NCBI GenBank assembly: GCA_963798085.1
Contig: CAWCRS010000007.1
Location: forward strand, 608,001 to 672,000
Source of the DNA: an uncultured Gemmatimonadales bacterium
GTDB lineage: Bacteria; Gemmatimonadota; Gemmatimonadetes; Longimicrobiales; RSA9
Direction of reading: 5' to 3'
Length of the DNA stretch: 64,000 nt
In this document: positions 43,245 to 52,421 of the stretch, one piece after another
Position numbering within the stretch: the stretch's first letter is position 1
Layout: each line of letters opens with the position of its first letter
Program-made: the position numbers and the translations under genes
The notes under the pieces: generated by a model
What the model saw: the letters and a program-made list of their open reading frames with translations, nothing else
Databases searched by the model: none
What the model was told of the DNA's origin: nothing

Positions 43245-43464
43245 GGGGTCACCACAATAGTCCGAGGTGCGACGTGCCGATAATTGGAGCCGGAGCAGCG
43301 CGCAGCGTCGTCGCCTGAATTCCATCACGGCACGCGGCGTGACGCCGGAAAAAACGTTCGTTTCAAGCGCAGTAAATAGTCTCCATCCGCGCCGATCCAG
43401 GCCCCGTGCCGGTCCCTATCCAGGCTTCGCAATAATCCTGTAATTCATTTATATGCATTGATTT

Positions 43465-43500
43465 GCCCGTATCCGGACAGCCCCGGATGCGGGCGTTTTT
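43465..43500 (+). terminator. Intrinsic terminator-like hairpin
   Basis: GCCCGTATCCGG / CCGGATGCGGGC 12-bp stem (one G-U), 6-nt loop, then GTTTTT. Confidence 0.6.
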
Positions 43501-43782
43501 GCAGAGGTATGCGTTGTGCCCCCTCGGCTCGCCGGCAAGTCCACCGGAACTCATTCCGAACGACATATGGAAACGCGAAGGAGCGCGCAGATGAGGCGAA
43601 ACGGAGCGGTACGGCAGACCGAAGCCGAGATCGTCGCCGCAGTGGCCACTCGACCCGAGGGTTCTCGTTCCGCCCCCAGCCGAAATGTCGCCGCCAGCAC
43701 GAGCCGGCGCGCGGCGCCAGCGGACAGGGCCGACGCAAGGATCGCGTTTCCCCGTCCAGCCACTCCATCCAAGGTCGGCGCT

Positions 43783-44547
43783 ATGGAAGCGGAAACGCTG
43801 TGGGACGACTACCAGCGCGGCGGCAATGAAGCTGCGCGCCAGCGGCTGCTCGCACGGCACCTCCCATTGGTCCACCACGTCGCGAGGCAGGTCATGCGGA
43901 CGCTGACGGTGGACGTGGAGCTGGATGACCTGGTGAGTGCCGGCAGCATGGGCCTGATCAACGCCATCGACAGCTTCGATCGGTCGCGAGGCCTGGCTTT
44001 CAGCACATACGCGGCGCCACGTATTCGGGGCGCGATCCTGGATGACCTGCGGCGCTCGGACACGGTGCCGAGGTCGATCCGTCGCAAGCAGCGGCAGCTG
44101 GCCGCGGCGACGGAAGCGCTCTCCGGCGAACTGGATCGCACCCCCATGGATCGGGAGATGGCGGACAAGCTGGGCATCGACATCGACACACTGTGGCGCT
44201 GGCGGTCGGACACCAACGAAGCGATCCAGGTATCGCTGGATCAGCCGATCAACACCGGCCCGGGTCGCACGGCCATGCCCGCGGACCTGATCGAGGGTGC
44301 GAGCGGCCGGCTCACCGAAGAGATCGTCAACCACCGCGAAGAAGCCTCCGTATTGCGCGACGAGATCCTGCGCCTCAAGGAGCGCGAGCGGATCGTGCTC
44401 AGCCTGTACTACTTCGAAGAGCTGAAGCTGCACGAGATCGCGCGGGTTCTGGGCCTCACCGAGTCGCGCGTTTCACAGATCCGCTCGAAGGCACTGTCCA
44501 CACTGCGTGGACGCATGGCCCGACTGCGCGAACCCGGGGAGTGCTGA
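43783..44547 (+). CDS. fliA: Sigma-28 (FliA/WhiG) sigma factor; start may be further upstream
   Basis: DDLVSAGSMGLINAIDSFD, FSTYAAPRIRGAILDDLR, LYYFEELKLHEIARVLGLTESRVSQI. Confidence 0.92.
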   Translation: MEAETLWDDYQRGGNEAARQRLLARHLPLVHHVARQVMRTLTVDVELDDLVSAGSMGLINAIDSFDRSRGLAFSTYAAPRIRGAILDDLRRSDTVPRSIRRKQRQLAAATEALSGELDRTPMDREMADKLGIDIDTLWRWRSDTNEAIQVSLDQPINTGPGRTAMPADLIEGASGRLTEEIVNHREEASVLRDEILRLKERERIVLSLYYFEELKLHEIARVLGLTESRVSQIRSKALSTLRGRMARLREPGEC

Positions 44548-45414
44548 ATGCTGGCAGTGCCGCGAGGCGGGCGCATTCTGCTCGCCGCCGCGGCCTTGGG
44601 CGTACTCCCGCAGCGGAGTAGCGCTGAGGTCCCGGCGGGACGCGATTACGCGACAGTCGGCAACATCGTTTCCCGGCGGGTCGAGGGTCGGACCATAGTC
44701 GTGGTGCCCATCGCGGGCACGCTCAACGCAAGACTGAGCGAGCCGTTCCGGGTGGGTGACCACTGGCGACTCTACCTGACGGTAGAGGATGCGAAGCTGG
44801 CGTTCCGCGGTGTCAAACCACACCGGCCCGAGGGTGTGATGTCGCTGGCTGCCAGCGAAGACGGTGTGGACGTTCGCATTGCCATTGACGTCGCGAAGCT
44901 GGGTGACTACGGCGCTCGACGGTCGGAAGAAGGCATGCTGATCTGGATCGACGACCAGCGGTCGGTACGTGCTCCGGATACTGCCGTGGCAGTCGTCACA
45001 CCCGAGGTAGCGCCCGCGCCGCCTGCGGTCAGTCGAGCCGCGGCGCCCCGCGCTGCCGAGCCGCCGCGGGGCGGGGGCTGGATGCGCATCGTGCTGTTCG
45101 TCGTGCTGGCGGCCGGAGCGGGCCTCGCGGTCCGCCATGTGGGTCGCAACGGAACACCGGAATGGTTGAGCGGTGGCCTCGCAGGCCTGGGTCCTCGACT
45201 CCGAGCTCTGGTGTCCGGCTCGCGCGGAAGCGCGGAGCCGTCGGTGAAGAAAACAGGGGCGCCGGCCGCGAAGGCCGCGGTTCGGACGCCGCTCATGATG
45301 ACGGACCCGCGCGGCAGCTCGGCCGACATCGGAGACGCGTTCCGCGTCGAACCGGACATGCCGCCTTCAGGCATCGCCGCGCTCGCCGGAAGCAACCATG
45401 CAGATGACGCGTGA
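44548..45414 (+). CDS. Hypothetical exported/membrane protein (AMIN-like N-domain, Pro/Ala linker, TM)
   Basis: Abuts fliA stop; signal-like N-term; VDVRIAIDV strand; TM WMRIVLFVVLAAGAGLAV. Confidence 0.55.
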   Translation: MLAVPRGGRILLAAAALGVLPQRSSAEVPAGRDYATVGNIVSRRVEGRTIVVVPIAGTLNARLSEPFRVGDHWRLYLTVEDAKLAFRGVKPHRPEGVMSLAASEDGVDVRIAIDVAKLGDYGARRSEEGMLIWIDDQRSVRAPDTAVAVVTPEVAPAPPAVSRAAAPRAAEPPRGGGWMRIVLFVVLAAGAGLAVRHVGRNGTPEWLSGGLAGLGPRLRALVSGSRGSAEPSVKKTGAPAAKAAVRTPLMMTDPRGSSADIGDAFRVEPDMPPSGIAALAGSNHADDA

Positions 45415-45432
45415 GAGGAGCGAGAGGGATAT

Positions 45433-45684
45433 ATGCTGATCCTCAGCCGCCGTCCTGGCGATGCCATACTGATCGACGGGGGCATTCGGATCGTGGTGCT
45501 CGCCTCGGGCCAGCGCTGCGTACGCCTCGGCATCGAGGCGCCTGCCCAGGTGGGCATCGTGCGGGAAGAGATCCTCGCACGGAATGGTGGTGAGCCGGCC
45601 GAAAAGGCCCCGACCAACGGCACGCGGGCACGCCCTGCGCCCGAGGAAAAGGTGCCCCCGCCGGCGACCGAAAACGGGCATTGA
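45433..45684 (+). CDS. csrA: Carbon storage regulator CsrA
   Basis: MLILSRRPGDAILIDGGIRIVVL...VRLGIEAPAQVGIVREEI. Confidence 0.93.
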   Translation: MLILSRRPGDAILIDGGIRIVVLASGQRCVRLGIEAPAQVGIVREEILARNGGEPAEKAPTNGTRARPAPEEKVPPPATENGH

Positions 45685-45822
45685 AGGCAGGTACAACCGC
45701 TCACCTCTCCGACTCCCTCACTCCCACACCACCGCTGCGAGCGTTGCTTCGACGACGCCTGCGCGTGACAGCCGGCTGAACGGCCGCGCGACGGACGGGC
45801 AAGCGCCATCCATCCAGCCTCT

Positions 45823-45850
45823 TCAACTTCCTTTCGAGGCTCGCCGATAC
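45823..45850 (+). promoter_or_regulatory. Sigma-28-like promoter
   Basis: TCAA-N16-GCCGATAC upstream of the FlgM-like ORF. Confidence 0.55.
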
Positions 45851-45981
45851 TCAGATCGTGCCGGCCCTCCCCACACGATGGCAGGGAGGCGGCCCGAAAC
45901 CGGGGATCGAGAATGCGTCGAAAGAAGCCGGGTACGGGCGCCGCCCGCAGGAGGGCGCCACATCGGAAAGAGCCGGAGCCG

Positions 45982-46173
45982 ATGAACGCGTTGCCTGCCA
46001 CGACCCCTGACATGTCTCCTGAGCGTCTCGCCGCAGCACGGCGCTGGATCCAGCTGGGACGCCACAATTCCAGCGATGTCGCCGAGGCTGTCGCCCGCCG
46101 CATCCTGGAGCGCGGCGACCTGCGTGCCGAACGGCGCGACGACCGCGGCCAGGACGACCACATCGTACACTGA
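45982..46173 (+). CDS. FlgM-like anti-sigma-28 factor (alternative start 45913)
   Basis: ERLAAARRWIQLGRHNSSDVAEAVARRIL resembles the FlgM C-terminal helices; context fliA/csrA. Confidence 0.5.
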   Translation: MNALPATTPDMSPERLAAARRWIQLGRHNSSDVAEAVARRILERGDLRAERRDDRGQDDHIVH

Positions 46174-46199
46174 CAGCCTGTTAGAACGGCAACAACTCC

Positions 46200-46360
46200 G
46201 TTGCTGGCGCTGGTTGCCGGGGAACCGATGCGCGTTTCCTTGACGCCTGGCGCTCCCAATCCCGGCCGCGCCCGTCGGATGTTTCCGTTGCGTTCCTGAG
46301 AACGGCGCCGGCACGCATCGTCCGTTTGTCAGTCGTTCCCCAGCCACCAGCGCCAGCAAC
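46200..46360. repeat. 26-bp inverted repeat pair (24/26 match), member of a dispersed intergenic repeat family
   Basis: 46200-46225 gttgctggcgctggttgccggggaac vs 46335-46360 gttccccagccaccagcgccagcaac. Confidence 0.75.
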
Positions 46361-46451
46361 CGGCCCCCGCAACCGGCCCCAGCATCGCCTTTCCGTCGTT
46401 CCGCACTTCCACCCTTGCCCTATCCGTCCGCATCGCACCATCCTGACTCCC

Positions 46452-47342
46452 ATGACTCGCGCGCCCCTCTGGACGCTGCTGCTGGTGCTGAGCGCTGCGC
46501 GGTGCACGAACGGGGACGGAAAGAACTCGGCGGGCGCGGGCTGGACGCGGGCACTGGACCAGGTCGTGGTTGCCGAGCGCGCGTTTGCCCGCATGGCCGC
46601 CGATTCCACGGTGCAGACGGCGTTTCGCACTTTTCTCGCGGATGACGCGCTGATCTTCCGGCCCGGGCCAGTCCCGGGCAGGTCGTGGATCGACGAGCAT
46701 CCGTTTCCCCGCGATCTCGTCCTGGAATGGGAGCCGGCGTGGGCGGATGTTTCGCTCGCCGGCGACTTGGGTTTTACGACCGGACCCTGGCACACAGCCT
46801 CCCGCTCGCACTCCGATTCGATCACGGCCTGGGGCCAGTATGTCACACTCTGGCGCAATACTGGCGGTAGCTGGCGGGCGGTGCTCGATTTCGGCAGCGA
46901 GGCGCCACCGCCGCCCGCATCCGTCAGGATGCAGCTGGCGTCGCAGCCCATAACAGCGGGAAGCGTGGCCACGGATAGCGCGTCGCTGCGCGAAGCGCTG
47001 CGCATTGCGGACGAAGACCTGAACGAGGCTGTCGCGACTTCGGGTACCGAGGCGTGGGCGGCGTACACCGTCGCGGCAGTGCGCTGGCTGCGGCCGGGCC
47101 GGCCGCCTGCCATCGGCGTGGACGCGGCCGCGGACGCGGCACCTGCGCGCAATGCGGCTACACTGGGCAGTGTGGTATCGCTTTCCGGTGATCTCGGCTA
47201 CAGCTGGGGCGCGCAACGCGGCGAGAACGGAACGGGTGAGGCCGGTGCGATGCCTATCGCCTACTATGTACGGATCTGGAGGCGGCAGCCCAATGGCAGC
47301 TGGAAGGTCGTGCTCGACGCCACCAGCGGCGCGAGCGGCTGA
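46452..47342 (+). CDS. Tandem NTF2/DUF4440-like domain exported protein
   Basis: AERAFARMA, LEWEPAWADVSLAGDLGFTTGP, YVTLWR..VLD; second SGDLGYSWG..YVRIWRRQPNGSWKVVLD. Confidence 0.8.
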   Translation: MTRAPLWTLLLVLSAARCTNGDGKNSAGAGWTRALDQVVVAERAFARMAADSTVQTAFRTFLADDALIFRPGPVPGRSWIDEHPFPRDLVLEWEPAWADVSLAGDLGFTTGPWHTASRSHSDSITAWGQYVTLWRNTGGSWRAVLDFGSEAPPPPASVRMQLASQPITAGSVATDSASLREALRIADEDLNEAVATSGTEAWAAYTVAAVRWLRPGRPPAIGVDAAADAAPARNAATLGSVVSLSGDLGYSWGAQRGENGTGEAGAMPIAYYVRIWRRQPNGSWKVVLDATSGASG

Positions 47343-47379
47343 CCGCATCGGAGGCGGCGCGCCGGACAGCGGGAGGATC

Positions 47380-48426
47380 ATGCGACGAGCTGAACTGCAG
47401 AACGCCCGCATCCTCATCGTCGACAATGAACAGGCTTACGTCGACCTGCTTCAGCGTTTCCTGCAGTCCATCGGCTACCGCAACGTGCGCACGACCACCA
47501 ATCCCTTCGAGGTGGCGCAGCTGGTGGTCGATTTCGATCCAGACCTGATTCTGCTGGATCTGCGCATGCGCGGCATGGACGGCATTGCGGTCATGCAGCA
47601 GCTCGAGCCGTACACGAGCCGTTTCTACCTGCCCATCCTCGTGCTCACCGGCGATATCACCGAGGAGGCCAAGCGCGCGTCGCTGTCCAGCGGCGCCCGT
47701 GACTTCCTGAACAAACCCTTCGATCTCACGGAAGTCAGGCTCCGCCTCGAGAACCTGCTCGAAACCCGCTTCCTGCATCTGCAGCTGCAGGAGCAGAACG
47801 CGCTGCTCGAGAAGCGAGTGCGCGAACGCACGCGGGAACTCGAGGAAACGCGGCTGGAAGTGCTCGAGCGGCTTTCCATCGTCGCGGATTACCGTGACGA
47901 CGAGACGGGCAGACACACCCGCCGCGTGAGCGCGCTGGCCTGCACGCTGGCGCGCGAGCTGGGCCTGGATGCGGGCGAGACCGAGGTCATCCGCCTCGCC
48001 TCCCCGCTGCACGACATCGGCAAGATCGGCATTCCCAATGACATCCTGCGCAAGCCAGGGCCGCTGAGCGACGATGAGATGGCGGTCATGCGCACGCACA
48101 CGACCATCGGCGCAACTCTGCTCGCCGGCAGCCACTCGCGACTGCTTCAGGTGGCCGAATCGATCGCACTGTATCATCACGAACGCTGGAACGGGCAGGG
48201 CTACCCGCGCGGACTGCGCGGCGAAGAGATTCCCATTGCGGCACGCATTGTGGGTCTCGCCGACGTGGTCGATGCCCTCGCTTCCGACCGGCCGTACCGG
48301 CGTGCATGGCCCATGGACGACGTACGCGCCGAAGTCGAGCGACAGACCGGCCAGCACTTCGATCCTGAAGTGGTGCGGGCGTTCCAGCGGCTGCACCGCG
48401 CCGAGACGCAGCCGGCCGCGCTCTGA
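47380..48426 (+). CDS. REC + HD-GYP response regulator (cyclic-di-GMP phosphodiesterase)
   Basis: ILLDLRM receiver; ETGRHTRRV, LHDIGKIG, HHERWNGQGYP, ADVVDAL..RPY. Confidence 0.93.
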   Translation: MRRAELQNARILIVDNEQAYVDLLQRFLQSIGYRNVRTTTNPFEVAQLVVDFDPDLILLDLRMRGMDGIAVMQQLEPYTSRFYLPILVLTGDITEEAKRASLSSGARDFLNKPFDLTEVRLRLENLLETRFLHLQLQEQNALLEKRVRERTRELEETRLEVLERLSIVADYRDDETGRHTRRVSALACTLARELGLDAGETEVIRLASPLHDIGKIGIPNDILRKPGPLSDDEMAVMRTHTTIGATLLAGSHSRLLQVAESIALYHHERWNGQGYPRGLRGEEIPIAARIVGLADVVDALASDRPYRRAWPMDDVRAEVERQTGQHFDPEVVRAFQRLHRAETQPAAL

Positions 48427-48602
48427 GCGAGCGTTCATCGCCGGCGGCGTACCCTTCAGCAAAGACCGCTCGCCTTCCGTCCCGCGCCTGCACACACAGT
48501 TGCGTACGACGTGCGCGCCGACGTAAATCTCCCGCGTCCGCGTTCTCGCCGGGACGCGACAGGGCCCGGCCGGAACCCTGTCCCGTCCATCTGCAGAAAC
48601 CC

Positions 48603-51600
48603 ATGCGCAAACACACTTCAATGCTGCGTGCCGCGTCTGCGTTCGCGGCTGTGCTGCCCCTCGCCTTCGCCCTCAGCGCCGGCGCACTCCAGGCGCAACG
48701 TGGTTCGCTCATTGCCACGGCGTCCGACTCCGCGGTCCTCGCCGAACTCGCGCCCCGGCCCATCGGACCGGCCGTGATGAGTGGGCGCATTGCGGACGTT
48801 GCGGTCGCCAGCATCCCGGGCGAGCGGCCCGGCCGCGTGATCTACGCGGCATCGGCCGGAGGCGGCGTCTGGAAGACCGTCGATGGCGGCGTCTCCTGGA
48901 AGTCGCTGTGGGATGATCAGCCGGTCGGCTCCACGGGTGACGTCACCGTTGCGCCCTCCAATCCCGACATCGTCTGGGTCGGGTCCGGCGAGTCCAACAA
49001 CCTGCGCAGCTCGTCATGGGGCAACGGCGTCTACAAGTCGAGCAATGGCGGCAAGACATGGACGAACATGGGACTGCGCACGTCGCAGCACATTCCGCGC
49101 ATCATCATTCACCCCACGAATCCCGACATCGTGTACGTCGCCGCCATGGGGCCGCTGTGGGCATCGGGCGGCGAGCGCGGTCTGTACAAGACGACGGATG
49201 GCGGGCGCACGTGGAATCGCGTGCTGGCCACCAGTGAAACGACCGGCGTCACCGACGTGATCTTCGATCCCACCAATCCGGAAGTTCTGTACGCGGCCAC
49301 CATGCAGCGCGAGCGCAAGGCATACAGCTTCGTGGGTGGCGGGCCGGACAGCGGCATTTTCAAGAGCATGGATGGCGGCGCCACGTGGACGCGGCTGACA
49401 AAGGGTTTGCCGGAAGGCGATCGCGGCCGCATCGGTCTCGATGTCAGCCAGTCGTCGCCGCGCATCGTGTACGCCTTCGTCAATGCGCAGGACGGCGGTG
49501 TGTTCCGCTCGGAGGATGGGGGCGAGAACTGGACGCGTCAGTCGAACATCAGCTCACTGCCCTGGTACACGGGACAGGTGCGCGTCGACCCGAAGGATCC
49601 CAATCGCGTCTATCACATCGGGCAGTCGATGTCGGTCTCCAATGACGCGGGCCGCACGTGGGGGCGCTTCGCCGCCAACACGCACGCGGACTACCACGCG
49701 ATGTGGATCGATCCCGGCGATCCCGACCACATCGTCATCGGCAACGATGGCGGCCTCTTCATGACGTGGGACCGCGGCGGCTCCTGGGACTTCGCCGTGA
49801 ACCTGCCGGTCTCCACATACTACGCCATCGCCGTCGACATGAACGATCCGTACTGGATCTTCGGCGGCATCCAGGACAATGGTTCCTGGGCCGGTCCGTC
49901 CGCCACGCGGCTGCGCGCCGGCATCAGCAACGACCAGTGGTTCCGCACGGGCGGCGGCGACGGTTTCTACTCGGGTGTGGACCCCACAGACCCCAACGTG
50001 ATCTATGCCGAGTCGCAGGAGGGTGCGCTCACGCGCATGGACCGCCTCACCGGCGAGAGCAAGTCGATCCGGCCGCAGACCGCGCCCGGCGAGCCTGCCT
50101 ACCGCTTCAACTGGAGCGCGCCGCTGCTGGTCTCGCCGCACGACCATAACACGCTGTATTTCGGTGCTAACTACCTGTTCCGGAGCACGGACCGTGGCGA
50201 CAGCTGGACCAAACTGGGCGGTGACCTGACGCGCCAGCTGGATCAGGACACGCTGCCCATCATGGGGCTGCACGGGCCGGGCGGCTACGAGCGCAACAAT
50301 GGCGTGGCGCGCTTCGGCAACATTGCCACGCTGGACGAATCCACGGTGCGCAAGGGTCTGCTCTACGTGGGCACGGATGACGGCGTCATTCAGGTGTCGC
50401 GCAATGGCGGTGTGACCTGGAAGAAGACGGAGCGCTTCCCGGGCGTGCCCGACCTCACCTACGTGAGCCGCGTCAGCGCTTCCCACAGCGCGGAAGGCAC
50501 CGTGTACGCGGCATTCGACGGGCACCGCAACAACGACTTCAAGCCGTACGTCTACAAGAGCACGGACTACGGCCAGACGTGGACCTCGATCACCTCGAAC
50601 CTGCCGGACTTCGGTTCGGTGCAGGTCATCCGCGAGCACCCGCGCAATCCTAACCTGCTGTTCGTGGGCACCGAGTTCGGACTGTTCGTATCGGTGAACG
50701 GCGGCGGCGCCTGGGCCCGCGTGCGCAGCGGCTTCCCCACCGTGGCCGTGCACGACCTGCTGATCCACCCGCGCGCCAACGACCTGATCGTGGCCACGCA
50801 CGGTCGCGGACTCTGGGTCATCAATGACATCGCGCCGCTGGAGCGGCTGGCCAATGCGGCCCGCGCCTCGGTGGCCCAGCTGTTCCCGGTGCGCGCCGCC
50901 ACCGAAATGAATCTGGCGGGCGGCGGAGGCACGCCCGGCGATCGCCAGTTCGACATGCCCAATCCGCCCAATGGCGCCATCATCACGTACCTCGCCAACA
51001 AGCCGCTCACCGGCGCGAAGCTGGTGATCACGGATCGCGCGGGCGGCGTGGTGCGCGAGTTGAGCGCAAAGGGCGAGCCCGGTGTGCACCGCATCATCTG
51101 GGATCTGCACTGGGCGTCGCCGGTCGAAGAGCCCGAGACGCCGCCCAACGCGGATGGCGGCTTCTTCGGCGGCCAGCAGCGCGGCCCGTTCGTGAACGCG
51201 GGCACCTACACGGTGCAGGTGCGCACGGGTGCCACGGGCGACGTCGCCGCCCAGACCACGGTGGAAGTGAAGCGTGACCCCGCGGTGCGGCTGACGGATG
51301 CGCAGTGGGCCGAGCTGCAGGACTTCCGCGCGCGCGCCTACCACGTGCAGCGCGATGCCAACGCGCTGGCCTCGCGTCTGGATCAGGCGAGGCAGACCGC
51401 GGTGCAGAACAATGCCGGCACGGCCGAGATCGACAGCGTGCTGATGAAAGTGCGCGGCTCGGTCACGACCGGGCGGGGCGGCCGCGGCGGTCGTGGTGGT
51501 GGCGGCGGTGGTGGTTTTGGTCGGGGCGGTAGTGCTGGCCCCACCGTGCTGAGCCGCGCCAATGGCGTGGCCGGTGCGATCGGCAGCAATCACTTCCCGG

Positions 51601-51713
51601 TGACGGCCGAACAGAAACAGGAGGTTATCGCGGCGGAGCAGGAACTGGCGAGGCAGAAGACCGCGGCGGATGCGGCCACGCGATCCGGCGCACGCCGCGG
51701 TCGCAGCGGCTGA
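48603..51713 (+). CDS. Secreted BNR/VPS10 beta-propeller glycosyl hydrolase-like protein
   Basis: PIGPAVMSGRI, repeated S.DGG.TW Asp-boxes, GIQDNGSW, GGGDGF, ATHGRG. Confidence 0.88.
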   Translation: MRKHTSMLRAASAFAAVLPLAFALSAGALQAQRGSLIATASDSAVLAELAPRPIGPAVMSGRIADVAVASIPGERPGRVIYAASAGGGVWKTVDGGVSWKSLWDDQPVGSTGDVTVAPSNPDIVWVGSGESNNLRSSSWGNGVYKSSNGGKTWTNMGLRTSQHIPRIIIHPTNPDIVYVAAMGPLWASGGERGLYKTTDGGRTWNRVLATSETTGVTDVIFDPTNPEVLYAATMQRERKAYSFVGGGPDSGIFKSMDGGATWTRLTKGLPEGDRGRIGLDVSQSSPRIVYAFVNAQDGGVFRSEDGGENWTRQSNISSLPWYTGQVRVDPKDPNRVYHIGQSMSVSNDAGRTWGRFAANTHADYHAMWIDPGDPDHIVIGNDGGLFMTWDRGGSWDFAVNLPVSTYYAIAVDMNDPYWIFGGIQDNGSWAGPSATRLRAGISNDQWFRTGGGDGFYSGVDPTDPNVIYAESQEGALTRMDRLTGESKSIRPQTAPGEPAYRFNWSAPLLVSPHDHNTLYFGANYLFRSTDRGDSWTKLGGDLTRQLDQDTLPIMGLHGPGGYERNNGVARFGNIATLDESTVRKGLLYVGTDDGVIQVSRNGGVTWKKTERFPGVPDLTYVSRVSASHSAEGTVYAAFDGHRNNDFKPYVYKSTDYGQTWTSITSNLPDFGSVQVIREHPRNPNLLFVGTEFGLFVSVNGGGAWARVRSGFPTVAVHDLLIHPRANDLIVATHGRGLWVINDIAPLERLANAARASVAQLFPVRAATEMNLAGGGGTPGDRQFDMPNPPNGAIITYLANKPLTGAKLVITDRAGGVVRELSAKGEPGVHRIIWDLHWASPVEEPETPPNADGGFFGGQQRGPFVNAGTYTVQVRTGATGDVAAQTTVEVKRDPAVRLTDAQWAELQDFRARAYHVQRDANALASRLDQARQTAVQNNAGTAEIDSVLMKVRGSVTTGRGGRGGRGGGGGGGFGRGGSAGPTVLSRANGVAGAIGSNHFPVTAEQKQEVIAAEQELARQKTAADAATRSGARRGRSG

Positions 51714-51775
51714 GCGATACCAAACCCGTGCACCGGCCGGAGCCGTCGCGCTCCGGCCGGTGATCCGCGCCTCCC

Positions 51776-52267
51776 GTGTCACTCTATCAACTCAACATCA
51801 CGCTGCACGTGCTGGCCGCCTTCCTCTGGCTGGGCGGTATGCTGTTCCTCGCCGTCGTGGGCGCGCCCGTGCTGCGCCGCGTGCAGCCACCCGAATTGCG
51901 CGCCGAGCTTTTTCAGCGACTCGGTGCGGCGTTCCGCCTCGCTGGCTGGATCGCCATCCTCGTACTGCTGGCCACGGGCGTATTCAACCTCTACTTCCAC
52001 GGCTGGCTCCGGCCCGCGCTGCGCGGTGACCCGGTATTCTGGAGCAGTCGCATCGGACACACCTTCGCCGTCAAGCTGGGCTGCGTCATCACCATGCTCT
52101 CGCTCAGCGCCGTGCACGATTTCGTGATCGGCCCGCGTGCCTCTCGCGCGGCTGGCGGACCCGAAGCGCTGCGCCTGCGCCGGCGCGCCGCCTGGCTGGC
52201 CAGGGTTACCGCGCTGCTGGGCGTCGTGCTCGTGTACGCGTCCGTGCGGCTGGCGCGAGGCGGCTGA
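51776..52267 (+). CDS. CopD/DUF4149-like 4-TM membrane protein
   Basis: LHVLAAFLWLGGMLF, LATGVFN, VKL..V..LSAVHDF. Confidence 0.75.
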   Translation: MSLYQLNITLHVLAAFLWLGGMLFLAVVGAPVLRRVQPPELRAELFQRLGAAFRLAGWIAILVLLATGVFNLYFHGWLRPALRGDPVFWSSRIGHTFAVKLGCVITMLSLSAVHDFVIGPRASRAAGGPEALRLRRRAAWLARVTALLGVVLVYASVRLARGG

Positions 52268-52421
52268 TCCGGAATCAGCGGCGGGCGTCGCATTGCGCGC
52301 CGCCCTCACGGTGCTACCTTGGCGTTTCAGGATCCAGGCGACGACTCTCCTCCATCACCCTTCGCATCCGACGCGCGGACGCGGCCGCCCGTGGCTGGGC
52401 GGCACTCTGCAGGAGGCGGGC

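Noticed and set aside
51470..51535. RGG-rich segment as RNA-binding motif
   Set aside because: Lies in a secreted protein; low-complexity Gly/Arg linker
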